Below are positions 51,454-59,529 of a DNA stretch of 64,000 nucleotides, one piece after another. The translations under genes and the position numbers were made by a program. The notes beneath the pieces are model-generated. The model saw nothing but the letters and a program-made list of their open reading frames with translations, was not told the origin of the DNA and made no database searches. Origin of the DNA: a virus; IMG/VR virus record IMGVR_UViG_3300045988_159115; one strand, 5' to 3'. Position 1 is the first letter of the stretch. Each line of letters begins with the position of its first letter.

Positions 51454-51861
51454 ATGGCTAAATCTAAGTTAACGAAGCTCGTTACAGTTTCCAGTCTTGG
51501 CCAGTTCTGGGAGCTCGGCGGTGTCAGCGGCCCCATCAGCAATGTAATGCGGATGAGTGTTGATGACATCTATATTCTTCTGATCCACAACCGTATTGTG
51601 TGGGCACATAATCCGGAGAACCTGAAGCAGAAGAAGCGCCTGACTCTGAAGAACTATCGGATCAAGGATATCTTTGCCCCCGATGCAGATGAGCCGAAGG
51701 GTGATCTTGTTATGGGCATCGAAGGTATGCCGGACGATGATGAGATTAACGATAACGATATGATCTATGTCGATATCGGTAAGACCCTGAAGAAGGATGG
51801 CGTCGTCCAGCCTCATGCAATGAGTCTTTCAGACGAAGAGCCTGTCGAAATCTCCGTATAA
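51454..51861 (+). CDS. hypothetical protein, paralog family B (GG[VI]SGPIS)
   Basis: LGGVSGPISNV.RMSVDDIYILLIHNRIVWAHNPENLKQKKRLTLKNY aligns with 53657 LGGISGPISSPSRVEVSTLIRMVNARRVVYEVNPKDYDQKVRLTVSNV. Confidence 0.75.
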   Translation: MAKSKLTKLVTVSSLGQFWELGGVSGPISNVMRMSVDDIYILLIHNRIVWAHNPENLKQKKRLTLKNYRIKDIFAPDADEPKGDLVMGIEGMPDDDEINDNDMIYVDIGKTLKKDGVVQPHAMSLSDEEPVEISV

Positions 51862-51913
51862 ATACAAAAAAGACAACGTGAATTCCGTGTTTGGTCTTCA
51901 CGTTGTCTTTTTA

Positions 51914-52780
51914 TCATTTCAGATCATAGAGCATCTTACCGAGATTGGAATCGTTGAAGAGAAGCTTCATATACGAGAATGCCAGAGATCCCATCATCAG
52001 ATCGACATTCTCGTCGTACCTAACCCGCGGATAGTTGCTGGTTACTTTCGGATCAGACATAAGATATGCCTGGAAGATCGGATCGAGGCCATATACCGAA
52101 GCCGATGCATAGATATATTGGCCCAATGTCTCCAAAGTACTCTGCGTACTTGCCTTATACTTCCATTCATATCCAGAAAGATCCATCGTAACGTGCTTGC
52201 AATTCTTCGCATTCGTGCAAAGCATATAAGCAACTCGTACCATCGTTTCCAAACTTGTTTCGGGGCTTGCTTTACTGAGGTACACCTTCAATCCTGCAAT
52301 GGACTGAGATACTACCTCGACTCTCTCTTCTTTCTTTTTCTTCGGAATCCGATCGTTGAGAAGAATCGACAGAAGAGCAAAGTAATATGCATCTGCATTG
52401 AAGTTGGACTTCTTATTGATGCAAGCGTTTGCCATATCAACGAGATGCCCATAAATGTAGTCTGCATATTGCTCATTGCTCTTCATGTCATCGTCATCAA
52501 CGTCCGTATACATCTTAGGAGCTTCCAGTATCTTTTCAAAATTCTTTGCTACCCACGAAACGATATAGGTAGTAAACCGAACCTTAAATTCTCTGGAAGT
52601 CGGTGCAACGGATTCATCCGTCCAAATCACAGATTTCGATTTCCGTAAAGCTGCCCCAAGCTTTTCAGGATCGTAAATCCTCTTTCGGACGACCATGGGA
52701 TCTACACCATTGAGTTTCACAATCATGTCGATTGCATAGTTGGTGTATCTCTTATGGAGTTTTTCTAAGTTATCTGCCAT
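51914..52780 (-). CDS. hypothetical protein
   Basis: ATG 52780 follows an AAAGGAGAG SD. The track start at 52837 would include the promoter-like motif. Confidence 0.7.
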   Translation of the reverse strand: MADNLEKLHKRYTNYAIDMIVKLNGVDPMVVRKRIYDPEKLGAALRKSKSVIWTDESVAPTSREFKVRFTTYIVSWVAKNFEKILEAPKMYTDVDDDDMKSNEQYADYIYGHLVDMANACINKKSNFNADAYYFALLSILLNDRIPKKKKEERVEVVSQSIAGLKVYLSKASPETSLETMVRVAYMLCTNAKNCKHVTMDLSGYEWKYKASTQSTLETLGQYIYASASVYGLDPIFQAYLMSDPKVTSNYPRVRYDENVDLMMGSLAFSYMKLLFNDSNLGKMLYDLK

Positions 52781-52823
52781 AAATTCATCACTCTCCTTTA
52801 TTGCTTTAACCTTTAACTCATAA

Positions 52824-52836
52824 GTATAATATATCA
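52824..52836 (-). promoter_or_regulatory. AT-rich promoter-like motif TGATATATTATAC
   Basis: 44 nt upstream of ATG 52780. Confidence 0.55.
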
Positions 52837-52924
52837 TTATAAACTTAAAGGTTGTGTAACAAAAAAGAAAGCTAAAGGATTTTTGTTGGGCCGCGTTTAC
52901 TTTATCCTTTAGCTTTCAAGTATT

Positions 52925-53110
52925 TTATCTGCTATTTCTCATAGCAGATGGATCGCTAGGTGTTTGATCTTTCTTAACGGCGAAGGTTTCAAAAGACCAT
53001 TCATCACCTGTTGGTAACGGTAACTCCGCACCATTTGAGCGATCTATCACAAAGCCTCCTTTCATATGATAATATGCGAATGCTGCCAATTCGTTTCTGA
53101 AAATTTTCAT
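52925..53110 (-). CDS. hypothetical 61-aa protein
   Basis: ATG 53110 follows a GAAAGGAAG SD. The track's GTG start at 53203 spans the promoter-like motif. Confidence 0.6.
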   Translation of the reverse strand: MKIFRNELAAFAYYHMKGGFVIDRSNGAELPLPTGDEWSFETFAVKKDQTPSDPSAMRNSR

Positions 53111-53161
53111 AGAATCTTCCTTTCTATGTAAAATTCCCATCATCCTAACTAGCATTCGAAT

Positions 53162-53174
53162 ATATAATATATCA
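53162..53174 (-). promoter_or_regulatory. AT-rich promoter-like motif TGATATATTATAT
   Basis: 52 nt upstream of ATG 53110. Confidence 0.55.
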
Positions 53175-53288
53175 TTATGAAAGGAGGCTTCCTTATTAGG
53201 CACTCTAAAAACAATAGCTTAATCTAACGAGTATTATGTCCAAGACATAAATCGTTCATACTAATATTATGAAAGGACTGGACTAACC

Positions 53289-53639
53289 ATGTTTGAAGCA
53301 TTTAAGTCTGTGCGTAAAGAACGTGCTGAGATTGAGCGTGATCGCCTTTATCTCGAGTCTATGGCTGCTGATGATATGATTGAAAACTACATGAACCTGA
53401 TTCCTGGGTCCATGATGGAAGATGTCGACGTCAGCGATGCAGAGATTGAAGCTCTGATCGACAAGATTCCTGATTCTGACAACGTCGATCAGGAGGTTGA
53501 GGATATTCTGAAGTCCAAGAAGAATATTTCCATCGACGATCTCATCGGTATCACAAATGGCCGTGAGGAAGACAGCGAAGGCCTGATGGCTGCTGCCGAC
53601 CATGACGATGACGACGATGATGATGAGGATGACGACTAA
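53289..53639 (+). CDS. highly acidic protein with poly-Asp tail
   Basis: D/E-rich throughout. Ends DHDDDDDDDEDDD. Confidence 0.7.
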   Translation: MFEAFKSVRKERAEIERDRLYLESMAADDMIENYMNLIPGSMMEDVDVSDAEIEALIDKIPDSDNVDQEVEDILKSKKNISIDDLIGITNGREEDSEGLMAAADHDDDDDDDEDDD

Positions 53640-53656
53640 GAAAGGTCGATAAGTAT

Positions 53657-54031
53657 ATGAACACGAACGTTAAGAGAGCAAACACGAAACTCGTTGTGAT
53701 CGGTACCACAGGTCCTATCCCTGAACTGGGTGGAATCAGTGGCCCTATTTCAAGCCCGAGCCGTGTCGAAGTTTCAACCCTTATTCGCATGGTGAATGCT
53801 CGCCGTGTTGTGTACGAGGTTAATCCGAAGGACTATGACCAGAAGGTTCGCCTGACTGTGTCAAACGTTGCTCGTGATAACTTCGTAGAAGATCTGGATG
53901 AAGAGATTCATTCCGCAAAGTCTCCTCTGAATTCTGTCACTCGGACAAAAAAGAAGGAAGATAAGTCTTCCGTCTTCGATCCAGACGATATCGACGTCGA
54001 GCTCACTGGTGATTTTACCAAGATCAAATGA
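53657..54031 (+). CDS. hypothetical protein, paralog family B
   Basis: See 51454. Confidence 0.75.
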   Translation: MNTNVKRANTKLVVIGTTGPIPELGGISGPISSPSRVEVSTLIRMVNARRVVYEVNPKDYDQKVRLTVSNVARDNFVEDLDEEIHSAKSPLNSVTRTKKKEDKSSVFDPDDIDVELTGDFTKIK

Positions 54032-54034
54032 AAA

Positions 54035-54083
54035 AAATAAGCTACATATGAGATTCTTTTCGAATTCCATATGTAGCTTATTT
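54035..54083. terminator. bidirectional terminator
   Basis: AAATAAGCTACATATG-N17-CATATGTAGCTTATTT. Confidence 0.8.
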
Positions 54084-54109
54084 CATTTATCACTGATTCT
54101 TTTTAATTT

Positions 54110-54151
54110 CTAATCATCGTCAGCGATAGTGGTTTCTTCTGTTTCCATCAT
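54110..54151 (-). CDS. possible 13-aa micro-ORF (MMETEETTIADDD)
   Basis: A strong AAAGGAGGA SD lies 5 nt upstream. It sits between a promoter-like AT motif (54175-54187) and a terminator. Coding status is unproven. Confidence 0.25.
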   Translation of the reverse strand: MMETEETTIADDD

Positions 54152-54219
54152 ATAGTCCTCCTTTCTTTTCTTCAGATATATAATATCTAAATAAAAATGG
54201 AGGATATACGGATTTTCAT

Positions 54220-55767
54220 TTATGATGCAGATTTCGGAGCATCCTTTGTCAATACATAGAATGTCTGAATAGCTTCAAGGTCAATGACACGGCAATTCGA
54301 ACCGTTCGGATTCAAAGCAAAGTTCTTGCTATTGATAACCTTCTCACACTCAGCATTGGCTTCTTGAGTCCAGAAAATCTTCGAAGTAATCTGGTCACCA
54401 TCGTAGTCGCCGTCAAGGCCAGCCAGATATGCATCTGAGAACTTGGTTGTATCAATAAAGTTGTTTGCAACCTCTTCTCTTGGCATATTCAGATCAATGA
54501 CAGGATACCATTTATACACGGTATCGTTTACCTTCATAGGAACGGTATGAAGTGTGGAAGAAACATTGATTTTCGCCACAAACATACCAAAACTATTCAG
54601 AACCGGATAGCGTGTAATCATACAATGCTTATCCTTTGTCACTTCAACGCATGCCATATAAAGAAGATCACACCATGTCATATAACGATGGACAAGGGAT
54701 TTATCAGCAGGCTGATTTACCATGATGCCGTCGAAATACAGAGGAAGATCCTTTCCTTCTACAGTAGGAACTGTAATCAAGTCAAATCGACTGGAAGGAT
54801 CTTTTGCAAACTGATTCAGGCGCTTCTTGATATATTCATCATTGAACGTAGCTTCCGGATCTTTCAGAGTATAATTCGAGTTTACACCAGTCTTATTATT
54901 CTGAACTTCCAAAATTTCACGCTCAATGAAGTTTCTCACCCATGCAACAACGAAAGGATACGCTTCAACGATGACCTGGGACATCGGAAGAGCGGCATGT
55001 CTAAAATCGACAATGTTGTCTTTCGGATCATCACAGTTGTAAAGAGGAGCAGAGATAACGGTACGGACACAATAGTCAACGTTTTTACCAAGCAGGTATT
55101 TACGAAGCATACCGTTTTTCTTATCCAGACTATTCTTAAAATAGTCATAGACTTCCACAAGAGTATTCTGAATAGATGCATTCGTTGAATGGAAGGAGAA
55201 ATCAAACATATCAGCATCTTGTAGAAGCGCACTCATACGAATCAGTCGAGCATAAAGTGTATTCAGCTCAGATGATTCACCGCCACCGCCTTTATTGGAC
55301 TTAATGTCTCGATAAAAAGCAGGGATGACGATTGCTTTTGTCGTAAAGATTTCATTCTTCTTCGTTTTACCAATAAGGTCACAACGCTCTGAAGACATGC
55401 CACCGTTGCCTTCCCATTTTAACTTACTCCAATTATTATAGATAAACTCGATTCCGGTATTACCATTCGGATCTTTTACGAGCTTTCCATCTTTAATGGA
55501 GAAAGTCTGACTACCATCAACGATCTGATCAATGTTACGAAATACTCGTTTCAAGATCTTGTAGATATGAGGATGGAAGAAATGCCCGTGAAGGTCAATG
55601 TATGCAAATGTCTCTTTACGACTCTTAACAGAGACGCCAAAAATTTCATTTGAAATCAATCCATTTGGATTCGGAATACCGCCACGCTCAAACAAAATAG
55701 GAGACGTGACTGGTTGTAAATTATTGATCTTCACAAATTCATCGACGTCAAATAGATCAATTTTCAT
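54220..55767 (-). CDS. multisubunit RNA polymerase beta' subunit, N-terminal fragment (set 2)
   Basis: The N-terminus ...ISNEIFGV...FAYIDLHGHFFHPHIY aligns to beta' GHIELAAPVAHIW. The catalytic loop is LDGDYDGDQITSK (D-x-D-x-D retained). Ends ~65 aa after the loop. Confidence 0.8.
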   Translation of the reverse strand: MKIDLFDVDEFVKINNLQPVTSPILFERGGIPNPNGLISNEIFGVSVKSRKETFAYIDLHGHFFHPHIYKILKRVFRNIDQIVDGSQTFSIKDGKLVKDPNGNTGIEFIYNNWSKLKWEGNGGMSSERCDLIGKTKKNEIFTTKAIVIPAFYRDIKSNKGGGGESSELNTLYARLIRMSALLQDADMFDFSFHSTNASIQNTLVEVYDYFKNSLDKKNGMLRKYLLGKNVDYCVRTVISAPLYNCDDPKDNIVDFRHAALPMSQVIVEAYPFVVAWVRNFIEREILEVQNNKTGVNSNYTLKDPEATFNDEYIKKRLNQFAKDPSSRFDLITVPTVEGKDLPLYFDGIMVNQPADKSLVHRYMTWCDLLYMACVEVTKDKHCMITRYPVLNSFGMFVAKINVSSTLHTVPMKVNDTVYKWYPVIDLNMPREEVANNFIDTTKFSDAYLAGLDGDYDGDQITSKIFWTQEANAECEKVINSKNFALNPNGSNCRVIDLEAIQTFYVLTKDAPKSAS

Positions 55768-55834
55768 TTTGTACCATCAGTCCTTTCTCATAGAATATAG
55801 TGTCAAATTACGGTACTGTTTTCTGGACTAAAAT

Positions 55835-55877
55835 AAGAGAGCCAAGTATAGCTATGATTTCTATACTTGGCTCTCTT
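55835..55877 (-). terminator. terminator hairpin (minus strand)
   Basis: AAGAGAGCCAAGTATAG / CTATACTTGGCTCTCTT. Confidence 0.7.
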
Positions 55878-55889
55878 TGCGCGCTGTTA

Positions 55890-56219
55890 TTAGTATTCGT
55901 CAGCCTCTATCGTGATTGATATGTAATTTGAGTCAATGGATGTGATTACAGTAATATCTCCATAATCATGTGATTCAAGATTCTTATCAATCATTGAAAG
56001 CAACTTACGTGCAGCCTTTTTGTCACTCATCTCAATCTTTACGTAAAGAGAAGAATCATCATCGTAATCGGATGTAATATCTTCGATGAGATCAAATTGG
56101 CTTTTGATCAAGCGATATAAAAAGAGAATCTTTTTATACTGATACTGCAGTAAGCATTCTAGACCTTCTAATGATTCACAGCTGAGAGTGTTGACGAGTA
56201 CGTCTAAAGTTTGTGTCAT
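55890..56219 (-). CDS. hypothetical protein
   Basis: TAGGAG SD. Confidence 0.7.
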   Translation of the reverse strand: MTQTLDVLVNTLSCESLEGLECLLQYQYKKILFLYRLIKSQFDLIEDITSDYDDDSSLYVKIEMSDKKAARKLLSMIDKNLESHDYGDITVITSIDSNYISITIEADEY

Positions 56220-56284
56220 CTTATTTCAAAACTCCTATTTACTGATAAAGTGATTTTCATCGTAATAGGAACTAATGTGTGTGA

Positions 56285-56413
56285 TTATTTAGAAGACCGC
56301 ATCTCACGATTACGACGCTCTGCTTCTTTTTCTGACTCTTCTCGCTCTTTGATAAGTTGATCTACTCTGGCGTCTCTCAAAGCAATCATATCCTTGTATG
56401 TCATATTTCTCAT
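56285..56413 (-). CDS. possible 42-aa helical protein (below the track cut-off)
   Basis: MRNMTYKDMIALRDARVDQLIKEREESEKEAERRNREMRSSK* fills the gap between 56219 and 56461. Start uncertain. Confidence 0.35.
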   Translation of the reverse strand: MRNMTYKDMIALRDARVDQLIKEREESEKEAERRNREMRSSK

Positions 56414-56460
56414 GATATCGTTGAAGGACAATTCGCCCTTGAAGAGAGTAAGAACTTCGC

Positions 56461-58155
56461 TTATAAAACTGCTACGTTGCTTGTGTCGAAGCTCGTATTC
56501 CCCAGACGCTGATATTTGAGAAAAACCAGGTAGGTGACATCAATCGGAATTCGCTTTGTCAGCTGACCGCAGTGAGGGCAACGGACATTGGTCAGCGCAA
56601 ACTGTGCGGTGTAACCACGCATGTAACGCTGAAGCAATGATGCAACCAGAGTGATCTCATCGGGCTTGATGGAATAAATAGCTTCCACCATGTCCTCGAA
56701 CTTGTCGTACATTGTCCATGTGCCATCAGCATTCGGCACATAAACGGCACGGACCATAGTAAGTGCACCAGCATTATCCTTCAGGATACCGTTGACATCG
56801 TTGGGATGATTCTCTTCGAACACATCACCAGCGATATTGTCAACGATGGTATACAGATAATCGTATGCAGATGCAACGCCGATCTCCAGAATGTACTTGG
56901 ACTGAGGAAGCTGAACGCGCTTATTCTTCAGAACAGGGCCGTTAGCCATCAGCTCACGCTCTTTGCCTGCAGGACAGTCGATGACTTCCTTCATAGCGTC
57001 CAGGAACTTTTCATCGCAATCAGCAAACTGAATCAGAGAACGAGGAGCAAACTTCTGATAGAAGCTCTGCTTACACTCAGGATTATTGCAGTTCAGGCTG
57101 ATCTCGTCGATCTCAGGGAAGGTTGCGATGATCAGGCCATAGATTGCGATATTGATGTCAGTATGAGCAAACTTCTTCAGGAAGTCCTCATAGTTCTCGA
57201 ACTTACCACAAGAGGGATTGACCATCTTGTTGTAGATGATAGACAGCTGCTTATTGATACGATCGTAGTTGCCAGCTTCACCATTCATGATGATGTCGCC
57301 CATCTCACCGTAAGACAGACCTGTCATATATGCACGGAAACGAGATGCAGGGAACGTAACAGGAACACGGCTGGAAGAACCCTGATACTCATTCACATAC
57401 TCTGCGAAAGACTTATCAGCCTTCTTGATCGTGATTGCAGACAGATCAACGTCCTCGATCTCCTTGACACGGATCTCAGTAGAGGTAGTCAGCTTTTCCT
57501 TCTCATCATCGGTGAAGTTGACCTCAGCGCCAAGACCAGTCTTGTCGATCAGAATTTCGACGACCTTCTTGCGCATTTCCGCACGCTCCGCATCAGCAGC
57601 CGCCTTAGCCTCAGCTTCAGGATCAGGAGTCTCCACAGGAGCGTCGTTGGAAGTATCTTCCGCATCAGTGCTCTTATCGGTCGTTTCTGTTTCATCGGAA
57701 GGAGTCTCCTTCGTTTCAGACACTTCGCCATGCTCCAGAATGGAAGGATCGTTAGATGCACGGTCAAGTGCATCCATCAGGCCAACCATCTGCTCAGGTT
57801 TCTGAATGGGAGCAGAAAGCTTGATCTTCTTTGCAACTTCCATCTGCTTATCCATGTCAGACATGTAACGATCAATCTCGTCGGTAGCATCGGTTTCGGT
57901 CTTATTCTTCAGAGCCTTCTGATCATGATTCAGATCAGCATTATCGACAACCAGACCCTTTGTCTGGTTTGCCTTTTGCTCCTTCATCTGCTCCAGAGGG
58001 GTCTTCTCACGAGGAGCTTCCTCAACAGGCTCCTCGGCAACAGGAGCTTCTGTTGTATTAGTTTTTGCAGTCTTGATCAGAGATGCGATATCCATGTTGC
58101 TGTCTCGACGAATACCATTACCCCGATCTTGAGTAATATCATTATTTTCGATCAT
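56461..58155 (-). CDS. hypothetical protein: ~200-aa acidic disordered N-part plus globular C-part with two Cys pairs (tail/baseplate-associated?)
   Basis: NCNNPEC and CPHCGQ are putative Zn ligands. It lies immediately downstream of the gp25-like gene. GC-richer. Confidence 0.7.
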   Translation of the reverse strand: MIENNDITQDRGNGIRRDSNMDIASLIKTAKTNTTEAPVAEEPVEEAPREKTPLEQMKEQKANQTKGLVVDNADLNHDQKALKNKTETDATDEIDRYMSDMDKQMEVAKKIKLSAPIQKPEQMVGLMDALDRASNDPSILEHGEVSETKETPSDETETTDKSTDAEDTSNDAPVETPDPEAEAKAAADAERAEMRKKVVEILIDKTGLGAEVNFTDDEKEKLTTSTEIRVKEIEDVDLSAITIKKADKSFAEYVNEYQGSSSRVPVTFPASRFRAYMTGLSYGEMGDIIMNGEAGNYDRINKQLSIIYNKMVNPSCGKFENYEDFLKKFAHTDINIAIYGLIIATFPEIDEISLNCNNPECKQSFYQKFAPRSLIQFADCDEKFLDAMKEVIDCPAGKERELMANGPVLKNKRVQLPQSKYILEIGVASAYDYLYTIVDNIAGDVFEENHPNDVNGILKDNAGALTMVRAVYVPNADGTWTMYDKFEDMVEAIYSIKPDEITLVASLLQRYMRGYTAQFALTNVRCPHCGQLTKRIPIDVTYLVFLKYQRLGNTSFDTSNVAVL

Positions 58156-58185
58156 TAGTTTGTGCCCATCCTTTCTATATTGAAG

Positions 58186-58599
58186 TTATACGTAGACGTA
58201 GTTGTATGTCGTATTACCATTTTTATCCTTGGTAATACCAATGGACAATGTCTCCTTACCGTCAATTACTTTTGTCGGTAATACGATAAGAAGAAGCGGT
58301 TGGTTATTGTACATAGTCTTTTGCACGTCGAGAGAACCAGCATTGATGTAATCAGCAAATTCAGAGCATTGCTCTGCAATACGCGCTTTCAATGCGCTTG
58401 TATCGACGTCATCCCAGAAGGAATACAAAATCTCTTGGATATTGATTCCAAGATTTGGCATGGATGGGAAGAAGCCAGGTTTCCCAAATAGCAAATTCAA
58501 AACTGCATTTGCGATTGCTTCTGTTTCATTTGCATATTTTGCTCTTCCGAAATTATCCAAGCCAAAATTCGGCTCTACTTTACCTTTTGTGGCAGCCAT
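58186..58599 (-). CDS. baseplate wedge protein, GPW/gp25-like
   Basis: ETEAIANAVLNLLFGKPGFFPSMPNLGINIQEILYSF...ARIAEQCSEFADYI...LLLIVLPTKV follows the T4 gp25 pattern (IKNSLLGIITTRKGSRPFDPEFGCDL...). ATG lies 9 nt after GGAGGTG. Confidence 0.6.
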   Translation of the reverse strand: MAATKGKVEPNFGLDNFGRAKYANETEAIANAVLNLLFGKPGFFPSMPNLGINIQEILYSFWDDVDTSALKARIAEQCSEFADYINAGSLDVQKTMYNNQPLLLIVLPTKVIDGKETLSIGITKDKNGNTTYNYVYV

Positions 58600-58733
58600 A
58601 AGTATCATCACCTCCTGCTGTATTGTCTCATATACATAGCCAAACTTAGTAAAGTGTATTTTGACTAGGTTATAATTTTGACCCCTAAAAACACTGGAAT
58701 AAGCTTATAAACTAGAGAAAGGACGTGGTGAAA

Positions 58734-59507
58734 ATGGCTACACTAAAGTGCAAATTTTGCTCAAAAGTGTTTAATGATCCAGATGCCATGGCTGCCCATT
58801 TGGAAAATTATCACGCTGATATGATTCCTCCGGATATGGAACCGTATCAGTTTTATTACTATCTGAAGACTGGTAAAACCCATGGCAATTGTGTCATGTG
58901 CAAACAGCCTACTGGATGGAATCCTAAGACGAAAAAATATAAGCGATTCTGCGAAAACCCAAAGTGCAAAATCGCTTATCGAAATATGTTTAAGACCCGT
59001 ATGATTGGTACATACGGAAAGGTTACTCTTCTGAATGATCCTGATCAGCAGAAGAAAATGCTTGCGAATCGAAGCATCAGTGGACTCTATGAATGGAGTG
59101 ACCACAGCAAGAAACTTCCGTATACTGGTAGCTATGAACTTTCTTTTCTGAAGTTCTTAGACGAAGTAATGGATTTCGATTCAAGTGATGTTATGGCTCC
59201 ATCTCCTCATACTTACAACTACATGTATGAAGGGAAGCAGCATTTCTATATCCCTGATTTCTTCATCCCTTCTCTTAACCTTGAGATTGAGATCAAGGAT
59301 GGTGGAGACAATCCCAATATGCATTATAAGATTCAAGACGTTGATAAAGAAAAAGAACGTCTGAAGGATGAAGTGATGCGGACCAACAGCAGTAACTTCA
59401 ATTATCTCAAAATCGTAAATAAGCAGAATGAAATCTTCTTTAAGTATCTGGAACTCGCTAAGAAGAAATTCGCTGCTAATGATAATACGCCTATTTTTAT
59501 GGTATAA
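58734..59507 (+). CDS. C2H2 zinc-finger plus PD-(D/E)xK-like nuclease-fold protein
   Basis: CKFCSKVFNDPDAMAAHLENYH is a C2H2 finger. CVMCKQ...CENPKC is a second Cys4 cluster. YIPDFFIPSLNLEIEIKD gives a PD...E-x-K motif. Confidence 0.5.
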   Translation: MATLKCKFCSKVFNDPDAMAAHLENYHADMIPPDMEPYQFYYYLKTGKTHGNCVMCKQPTGWNPKTKKYKRFCENPKCKIAYRNMFKTRMIGTYGKVTLLNDPDQQKKMLANRSISGLYEWSDHSKKLPYTGSYELSFLKFLDEVMDFDSSDVMAPSPHTYNYMYEGKQHFYIPDFFIPSLNLEIEIKDGGDNPNMHYKIQDVDKEKERLKDEVMRTNSSNFNYLKIVNKQNEIFFKYLELAKKKFAANDNTPIFMV

Positions 59508-59529
59508 AGAATAAGGAGGATTATGAAAA

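Noticed and set aside
56806-58158. Plus-strand ORF of 450 aa.
   Set aside because: It runs antisense to 56461-58155, which continues the minus-strand baseplate block. Its translation is low-complexity.
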